Shown here: positions 26,025 through 32,000 of the stretch, in pieces
Layout of the letters: each line of letters opens with the position of its first letter
Numbering within the stretch: position 1 is the first letter of the stretch
DNA from: Candidatus Electronema halotolerans
GTDB taxonomy: Bacteria; Desulfobacterota; Desulfobulbia; Desulfobulbales; Desulfobulbaceae
Assembly (NCBI GenBank): GCA_942493095.1
Contig: OW818675.1
Span: forward strand, 1,710,001-1,742,000
Reading direction: 5' to 3'
DNA: 32,000 nt
The notes under the pieces: generated by a model
The model's input: the letters and a program-made list of their open reading frames with translations, nothing else
Databases searched by the model: none
Told to the model about the DNA's origin: nothing
Translations under genes and position numbers: made by a program

Positions 26025-26047
26025 GGGAGCAGAACATCTCTGCTCCC
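26025..26047. terminator. Perfect 9-bp stem / 5-nt loop hairpin between convergent genes; possible bidirectional terminator with no clear U-tract
   Basis: GGGAGCAGA-acatc-TCTGCTCCC. It lies in the 292-nt gap between the phosphatase gene (+) and cooF (-). Confidence 0.3.
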
Positions 26048-26212
26048 CGCAACCAATCCTCAGATAATCGCCTTCATTACGCTCATTCAGCTCCAGCCCT
26101 TTGCCGATCACATGGTCGTCATGAAATCTTGCAGCAGCGAACAAGGGCGTGGTTGCAGCAGCTCATGGCGGAGATTGTGCGGGGGGTAAGTGCAAGTGGT
26201 AAGGGATGCACC

Positions 26213-26695
26213 CTACCCAATTTCCCGCAGCAGCACCTCCCTCCGCCGCTCCTTGGGCAGCTCGTCCGCATCAACGATTCGCAGGGCCTTGGTCGGGCAG
26301 GAGGCCACGCAGGCCGGGATTTCGCGGTCAGGGCAGCGGTCGCATTTCACGGCCAGATGCAGGTCCGCATCGCGGGCCACCACGCCAAAGGGGCAGGCCA
26401 TGATGCAGGACCAGCAGCCGATGCAGCGTTCATCTTTGCGCTGCACCACGCCCCGCTCGTCCCGGTACAAGCTGCCGGTGATGCAGGCGGCCATGCAGGG
26501 CGAGTCATCGCAGTGATGGCAGAGAATCGGGGCTTTCATGCCGCCCTGCTGCTCGACAAAGAGCCGCTTTTTCGGCGGATGAATCTGGCGGATGGCGGCG
26601 AAGAGGTTCTTCGTCTCAGCGTGCTCGACCCGGCACTGGATTTCACAGGTTCGGCAGCCGAGACAGCGGTCAGCCCGCACGTAAATCAGTTGCAT
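26213..26695 (-). CDS. cooF: 4Fe-4S dicluster ferredoxin-type subunit, CooF-like
   Basis: Start at ATG 26695, overlapping the cooS stop by 10 nt. Contains multiple Cys-cluster motifs (CLGCRTCEIQC, CHHCDDSPCMAAC, CIGCWSCIMACP, CDRCPD...CVASCP). Confidence 0.85.
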   Translation of the reverse strand: MQLIYVRADRCLGCRTCEIQCRVEHAETKNLFAAIRQIHPPKKRLFVEQQGGMKAPILCHHCDDSPCMAACITGSLYRDERGVVQRKDERCIGCWSCIMACPFGVVARDADLHLAVKCDRCPDREIPACVASCPTKALRIVDADELPKERRREVLLREIG

Positions 26696-28611
26696 GACAT
26701 GCCTCCTTGCAGGCCCAGCCCGGCCCGGCGTTCGTCGATCACTGCCAGCAACGCCTCGGCAGCCTTGTTCGGATCCGGCTCCACAATGAAATAGCCGCCC
26801 AGCAGCTCCTTGACCGTGGAGGTCAGCACTTCCGTGACCAGCGCACTGCCGAGAACTGGCGGTACTACACCAAGATGGGTTGGCAAACCGCCTGCCACAG
26901 CCCAAGTGCCGATAGCCACCGCCTTTTCCGTGACCGCTTCCGGGGCGGAGGCCACCACCGGCAATTGGCTCAGATCCACACCCAGCTTGTTGGCCACTGC
27001 AACTGCCACATCAACCGCTCTGGGGTTATCTACGCAGGAACCAAGATGCAAAACCGGCGGCAGCGGCCCGCCCAATCCAGCAGCTTCACCAATAGCGGTG
27101 AGCACTGCGGCCAAACCTTTGCCGGCATATTTGGTCGTGGCCTCAGAAGTCATGAAGCCGTGCCGGGCATACGTTGAGGAAGCGCAGCCTGTGGCGAGAA
27201 TGAGGACATTCTCAGCCAGCAGCCGCTTTACCATTTCCACATAGTTATGATCCTGCGGCACCTTGACTGTGTTGCAGCCAGCAAAGAGACATAAGCCCCG
27301 GATATGCCCGGACACGATGCTGTCGATCAGCGGCTTGAGCGGGTCTTCGGCATTGACCTTGGCCAGCGCGCCGACAATCGCCTCTGCCGAGAAACCGGCA
27401 ATCGCGGTTGAGACCTCCTGCGGAATACAGACCTTGTCTTTGTTGCGTATTTTGAAGCGTTCAATGCCTTGACGGAGGATGGCTCGGGCGCATTCCGCCG
27501 CGTTCTCATCCGCAAACGGGACATGCTCCGCACCCGGCATCTTGGCAATCGGCATGGTGGTGATGACCTTGGTGTGGAAGCACTCGGCTGCCGTGGCCAC
27601 CGCTGGCATGATGCACTGATAGTCAACCACCATCGCGTCAATCGCCCCGGTCATGATTGCAACCTCTTGGGAAATCGAGCTGGTGGCTAACGGAATGCCG
27701 TGCCGCATCATGACTTCGTTGCCAGTGCAGCAGATGCCGACCACGTTCAAGCCGCCGCTTGCGCCTGCCGCCTCAGCCTCGGCAATCAGCTCCGGCTCAG
27801 AAGCAACCTGGGCAATAATGTCGCTGAGAAGCGGATTATGGCCGTGCAGGGCGATGTTGACCGCATCCTCCTTGAGCACGCCGAGATTGGCCTTGCTGAC
27901 CACAGGCTGCGGGGTGCCGAAGAGAATGTCGGACAGATCAGTGGCGATATGGCAGGCCGTGTAGTCAGCCACTGCGCATTTGAGCGCACCGAGGAGGATG
28001 TTGACCGGGTCGGCGTCCACGCCGTAGGTAGTGCGGTGCATAACCTCGGCAATGGAGCCGTCAATACTGGTCGGGACTATGCCCAGCTTGCTGAAGGTCT
28101 CCACCCGGCCTGCGGTGACAGTCGTTGCAGCCCACGTCAAAGCCTCACCTTTGTCGCCGAACTCAGATAGAGCCGTTTCAACTAAATCTTGAGCAATTTC
28201 CTTCACGGAACGGCCTTCCACAGCAATACCGCAACGGGCTGCCACCGCCTTGAGCTTGCCCTCGTCCTTGATGGCGTAGTCCGGGGTTTTGCCAGCCAAC
28301 ATTTTCTTGAGTACGTGGGCGACATGCAGGGCATGGCCGCTGTGCGAGGCCGCTCCTCCTGCCACAGCCCGCGCCACGCCGCGTGCGACAATCGTATCCG
28401 CTGTTGCCCCGCAGATACCGCGAGTCGGGCCTTCGCCAAAGGGGTCAATGCGGCAGGGGCCTTGCATGCAGTGGCGGCAGCAGACTCCCAGCTCACCAAA
28501 GCCGCATTGCGGCTGCTGGGCCTCGTATCTGTCCCAAGCGGTCTGGACTTTCGGGCCGCCTTTGTGCTGGGCCAGCACTTCAAGGACTGCTTTATCGGTC
28601 GATTGCTTCAT
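26686..28611 (-). CDS. cooS: Anaerobic Ni-Fe carbon monoxide dehydrogenase catalytic subunit
   Basis: 641 aa. The N-terminal cluster B/D region QPQCGFGELGVCCRHCMQGPCRI and GICGATADTIVARG is diagnostic of CooS/AcsA-type CODH. Confidence 0.92.
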   Translation of the reverse strand: MKQSTDKAVLEVLAQHKGGPKVQTAWDRYEAQQPQCGFGELGVCCRHCMQGPCRIDPFGEGPTRGICGATADTIVARGVARAVAGGAASHSGHALHVAHVLKKMLAGKTPDYAIKDEGKLKAVAARCGIAVEGRSVKEIAQDLVETALSEFGDKGEALTWAATTVTAGRVETFSKLGIVPTSIDGSIAEVMHRTTYGVDADPVNILLGALKCAVADYTACHIATDLSDILFGTPQPVVSKANLGVLKEDAVNIALHGHNPLLSDIIAQVASEPELIAEAEAAGASGGLNVVGICCTGNEVMMRHGIPLATSSISQEVAIMTGAIDAMVVDYQCIMPAVATAAECFHTKVITTMPIAKMPGAEHVPFADENAAECARAILRQGIERFKIRNKDKVCIPQEVSTAIAGFSAEAIVGALAKVNAEDPLKPLIDSIVSGHIRGLCLFAGCNTVKVPQDHNYVEMVKRLLAENVLILATGCASSTYARHGFMTSEATTKYAGKGLAAVLTAIGEAAGLGGPLPPVLHLGSCVDNPRAVDVAVAVANKLGVDLSQLPVVASAPEAVTEKAVAIGTWAVAGGLPTHLGVVPPVLGSALVTEVLTSTVKELLGGYFIVEPDPNKAAEALLAVIDERRAGLGLQGGMSCN

Positions 28612-28789
28612 TATTTGTCCTCCTCAATGATATTTGCAGATTCACGTTCCAGTTGACTGGCTGTCAAGAATAGCTTTTTTGGCCGCTTGAAACCAAGATT
28701 TTTTTGGCCGGTTGTTGCGTTTTTTCATGAGGAATGTCCTTGCCAAGGGCCGTCGCTCCAGATGACAAAAATACAGCCAGCTGCGATTT

Positions 28790-28805
28790 TGTTATTTAAT
28801 CGACA
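28790..28805 (+). promoter_or_regulatory. TGT-N10-ACA element: candidate NifA-type enhancer (UAS)
   Basis: TGTtatttaatcgACA lies ~90-105 bp upstream of the sigma54 -24 element. It is a single copy, and the motif is short. Confidence 0.4.
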
Positions 28806-28893
28806 AAAATGAACAAGACGATACATTTGCCACATCGCTGCCGCGCTTAGTGCAGCAATATGTTTTTATTTAAATAATACCGAATTTATTCTT

Positions 28894-28909
28894 TGGCACA
28901 GCTCTTGCT
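28894..28909 (+). promoter_or_regulatory. Sigma54 (RpoN) -24/-12 promoter for nifE
   Basis: TGGCACagctcTTGCT exactly matches TGGCAC-N5-TTGCW. It lies 50 nt upstream of the nifE ATG. Confidence 0.75.
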
Positions 28910-28958
28910 GCAAGCAGGATGACAGCCATCCTCACCTTTTTCTTTGCAGGGAGCAATC

Positions 28959-30326
28959 ATGGGCGAAGCAGTGCTGAAAGAACGGGAAGATCAGATTTAT
29001 GTCAAGGGTGAGAAACCCTTCAAGATCGTCTGCAACAAGGACAGCTTGGCCGGAGCGGTCAGCCAGCGGGCCTGCGTCTTCTGCGGCTCGCGGGTGGTGC
29101 TCTATCCGATTGCCGATGCCCTGCATCTGGTGCATGGCCCCATCGGCTGCGCGGTTTATACATGGGACATTCGCGGCGCACTCTCCTCTGGGCCGGAATT
29201 GCACCGGCTCTCTTTTTCCACCGACTTGCAGGAGCGGGATGTCATTTTCGGCGGGGAAAAGAAGCTGCGCAATGCCCTGCTGGAGCTGATCGAACGCCAC
29301 AGCCCCAAGGCCGCCTTTGTTTATTCAACCTGCATAGTCGGCATCATCGGCGATGACTTGGAAGCGGTCTGCAAGAGCGTGGCTGCCGAGACTGGCATCC
29401 CAGTCATTCCGGTGCAGTCCGAGGGGTTCAAGGGCAACAAGCGGGCAGGCTATCAGGCGGCTTGCGAGGCCATGTTCCGCCTGATCGGCACCGGTGACAC
29501 CGCAGGCCTCTCCAAGTTTTCGCTCAATATTCTTGGCGACTTCAACTTGGCCGGAGAAATCTGGATGGTGCGCGAATACTACGAGCGCATGGGCGTGCAA
29601 GTGGTGGCCAACATCACTGGCGATGGCCGCGTTGCTGACATCTGCCGGGCGCACGGCGCAGCCCTGAACGTTGTCCAGTGCTCCGGTTCGACCATGCAGC
29701 TTGCTAACATGATGGAGGAAAAATACGAAACCCCATCGCTGCGGGTTTCTTATTTCGGTATTGAGGACATGTCAGAGGCCCTGTACGACATTGCCCGCTT
29801 CTTCCAGAAGAAATACCCGGACGATCCCGAAGCGGACCGGATCATGGAGCGGACCAAGGTCTTGGTGCAGGAAAAAGTGCGCGACTTGGTGCCCAAACTG
29901 GAGCCGTACCGCAAGGCTTTAGCCGGGAAGAAGGCGGCAATTTACGTGGGCGGCTCGTTCAAGGCCTTCTCGTTAGTCAAAGCCTTCCGGCTGGTGGATA
30001 TGGATGTGGTCATGGTCGGCTCGCAGACCGGCACTGAGGAGGACTACCGCGAGCTGGAGGCGATCACTGATCCGGGCACAGTCATTGTCGATGATGCCAA
30101 CCCGCTGGAGCTGAACAGCTTTCTCAAGGAAAAAGGCGTGGATATCTTTGTCGGCGGAGTCAAGGAGCGGCCTATTGCCTACAAGCTGGGCATTGGCTTC
30201 TGCGACCACAACCATGAGCGCAAGGAGGCTCTGGCTGGCTTTGAGGGCATGCTCAACTTTGCCAAAGAGGTCTATTCCTCGGTCATGAGTCCGGTCTGGC
30301 GGTTTGTGCCGAGGAAGACAGCCTGA
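28959..30326 (+). CDS. nifE: Nitrogenase FeMo-cofactor biosynthesis scaffold protein NifE
   Basis: ATG 28959 with GGGAG upstream. NifE-like blocks RACVFCGSR, LHLVHGPIGCAVYTWDIRG, TDLQERDVIFGGEKKL, FVYSTCIVGIIGDDLEAVCK, IPVIPVQSEGFKGNK and NVVQCSGS. No nifN follows. Confidence 0.85.
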   Translation: MGEAVLKEREDQIYVKGEKPFKIVCNKDSLAGAVSQRACVFCGSRVVLYPIADALHLVHGPIGCAVYTWDIRGALSSGPELHRLSFSTDLQERDVIFGGEKKLRNALLELIERHSPKAAFVYSTCIVGIIGDDLEAVCKSVAAETGIPVIPVQSEGFKGNKRAGYQAACEAMFRLIGTGDTAGLSKFSLNILGDFNLAGEIWMVREYYERMGVQVVANITGDGRVADICRAHGAALNVVQCSGSTMQLANMMEEKYETPSLRVSYFGIEDMSEALYDIARFFQKKYPDDPEADRIMERTKVLVQEKVRDLVPKLEPYRKALAGKKAAIYVGGSFKAFSLVKAFRLVDMDVVMVGSQTGTEEDYRELEAITDPGTVIVDDANPLELNSFLKEKGVDIFVGGVKERPIAYKLGIGFCDHNHERKEALAGFEGMLNFAKEVYSSVMSPVWRFVPRKTA

Positions 30327-30339
30327 GCGGCCTGACTAT

Positions 30340-32000
30340 TCAAAAGGCAGGCTGTGCTCTTCCGCACTCCAGAACCCTGCCGTCTGTTGCGCACTGCGCT
30401 GCTCCCTGTTCTCTGGTGATCCAGACCGCAATATGCCGCTCCTGCCAGAGGGCAAGATTTGTCGCTGCCGGGAAATGCTCCTGCCGATACCCTGTTCCGG
30501 CGGAAACCACAATCAGCTCTGGTCTGACCGCTGCCAGAAACGCTTCGCTGTTTGAGGTGCTGCTGCCATGATGCGCGGCCAGAAGCATATCCGCCTGCAA
30601 GTCCTCGTTTTTTTGGATAAGCAGTTGTTCGCTGCGCTTGCCGATGTCGCCGGGCAGGAGAAAAGCCCGTTGCCCGTGCTGATAACGAAGCACCAGCGAG
30701 GCATCGTTGACATCCCCTCCCGGAGCTGCGCCGTGCAGGACGGTCAGAGCAAAGTCCTTGCCCTGCGCCAGCCGTTGTTTGTTCTCAGGAATCAGCACGC
30801 GGATGCCCTGCCCTGCTGCCTGATCAAGAATCTGCTGATAATTCCCCTCCCGGTGCGCGTCACCGTTAATCCAGAGCTGCTTGGGCCGGAAATGGCAAAG
30901 GATGAAGTCCATGCCGCTGAAATGGTCGCTGTGCGGATGGCTGATCACGGCCTGATCCAGCCGCCAGATGCGCTGGCTCCAGAGATACGGCCCGATGACC
31001 TGCTCGCCGATTTTGGCCGCTGTGCTGCCGCCGTCGGCAAGAATACGGGTGCCGTCCGGCAAATGGAGAAATGCCGATGAGCCTTGGCCGATATCCAAGA
31101 TTGTGACCTGACTGCGGCCCGGTCGTTCTGGCAGCCAGAGTCCCCACGTAAAATGGAGAACAAGGAGGGCTGCGCCGAGCAGCGCGGTTTTGCGACGATG
31201 CAGCGTCCAGAGCAGGAGCAGCAGGAAATACGCAAGAATTTCCCAACTGCTGGGCCTGATTGTCCAGACCGAAGCCCACGGCAGGGCGGCTCCTTGGCCA
31301 ACGCACCATTGCCCGGCTGCAAGACCGAGGCTGCCGATCTTGAGCAGCACGATGGCGAGCGGCGGAGAGATGAAAATGCAGGGAATGGCTGCCAAGCCCC
31401 ACGGCAAGGCCCAGAAGCAAAGCAGCGGCTCGATCAGCAGGTTCAGCAGCGGGCTGATCAGCGAAATGCGGTGGAAATGGAAGAGCATCAGCGGCAGGGT
31501 GCCCAAGGTTGCGGCAATGGAGGCCATGAATAGCGGCACCAGCCAGCGGGCAATAATGCCTTTTTTCTCTTCCGAATCTGGCGGCAGAATCTGGGGCAGG
31601 AAGAGAATCAAAGCGGCGACTGCACTGAAAGAGAGCTGAAACGAGGCCGTGAACAGGGTCAGCGGATTGCTGGCTAAAACCAGCAGGGCGGCGGCAGCAA
31701 GCAGGTGCAGCAGGTTGTGCTGGCGGCGGAGCAGCGCAGCGGCAAGGAGAATCGCGGCCATGACCACCGCCCGCAGCACCGGCGTGTTCATCCCGGCAAT
31801 CAGGGCGTAGGTGAAGAGCAGCGGCAGGGTGCCCAGCAGGGCCAAGCTCGGCAGATGGCTGTGCAGGAGCAGCCAGCGCGACCGTCCCAAGAGCCAGCGG
31901 AGCAGTGTGGCGGCCAGCAGGGCGAGCAGGCCGACATGCAGGCCGGAAATCGCCAAGATGTGCATGGTGCCGGTGGCCTTGAACTGCTCCAGCAGTTCCG
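30340..32000 (-). CDS. comEC: DNA internalization competence protein ComEC/Rec2 (C-terminal part; 5' end off-window)
   Basis: Competence-domain motif ILAISGLHVG, polytopic membrane region, and a C-terminal metallo-beta-lactamase domain (VISHPHSDHFSG). The frame stays open to the window edge. Confidence 0.85.
   Translation of the reverse strand, partial: ELLEQFKATGTMHILAISGLHVGLLALLAATLLRWLLGRSRWLLLHSHLPSLALLGTLPLLFTYALIAGMNTPVLRAVVMAAILLAAALLRRQHNLLHLLAAAALLVLASNPLTLFTASFQLSFSAVAALILFLPQILPPDSEEKKGIIARWLVPLFMASIAATLGTLPLMLFHFHRISLISPLLNLLIEPLLCFWALPWGLAAIPCIFISPPLAIVLLKIGSLGLAAGQWCVGQGAALPWASVWTIRPSSWEILAYFLLLLLWTLHRRKTALLGAALLVLHFTWGLWLPERPGRSQVTILDIGQGSSAFLHLPDGTRILADGGSTAAKIGEQVIGPYLWSQRIWRLDQAVISHPHSDHFSGMDFILCHFRPKQLWINGDAHREGNYQQILDQAAGQGIRVLIPENKQRLAQGKDFALTVLHGAAPGGDVNDASLVLRYQHGQRAFLLPGDIGKRSEQLLIQKNEDLQADMLLAAHHGSSTSNSEAFLAAVRPELIVVSAGTGYRQEHFPAATNLALWQERHIAVWITREQGAAQCATDGRVLECGRAQPAF

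Noticed and set aside
25276-26794. ORFs 25276-25896 (-, 206 aa) and 26018-26794 (+, 258 aa)
   Set aside because: They are antisense to the histidine phosphatase and cooF genes respectively, with no motifs and an Arg/Ala/Gly-rich shadow composition.

Overview
GC-rich bacterial chromosome with an anaerobe gene set (CooS/CooF CO dehydrogenase, nifE behind a sigma54 promoter, radical SAM, DUF1538/PII). It may be Desulfobacterota-like, but that is a low-confidence guess. No rRNA, tRNA or CRISPR array was seen. Left to right: cbiQ' and cbiO of an ECF Co/Ni transporter plus a coupled Cys-rich micro-ORF; a long minus-strand block (radical SAM fusion, SGNH-like protein, two DUF1538 membrane proteins, PII-like protein); murJ; recB. 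An AT-richer accessory patch follows at about 12.3-17.3 kb. It holds a secreted beta-helix (CSLREA / choice-of-anchor-Q-like) repeat protein gene split by an intact-looking IS630-family element with a TA duplication. A decayed second copy of the recB 5' end lies 3.4 kb from the real one, and a secreted HExxH metalloprotease gene follows it. Next is a minus-strand cluster: secreted P/Q-rich protein, small 2-TM protein, SPFH protein with three C-terminal zinc ribbons, and a translationally coupled double zinc-ribbon protein. The rest is serS, tatC, a DUF523 gene, ftsB, a UDG-family gene, a histidine phosphatase gene, cooF-cooS, a divergent lone nifE, and comEC (partial). Most worth following up: the recB 5'-end duplication bracketing accessory DNA, a three-copy motif able to form alternative structures, the SPFH/zinc-ribbon module, the DUF1538-PII module, the His-tailed CbiO with its Cys-rich ORF, and the orphan nifE.
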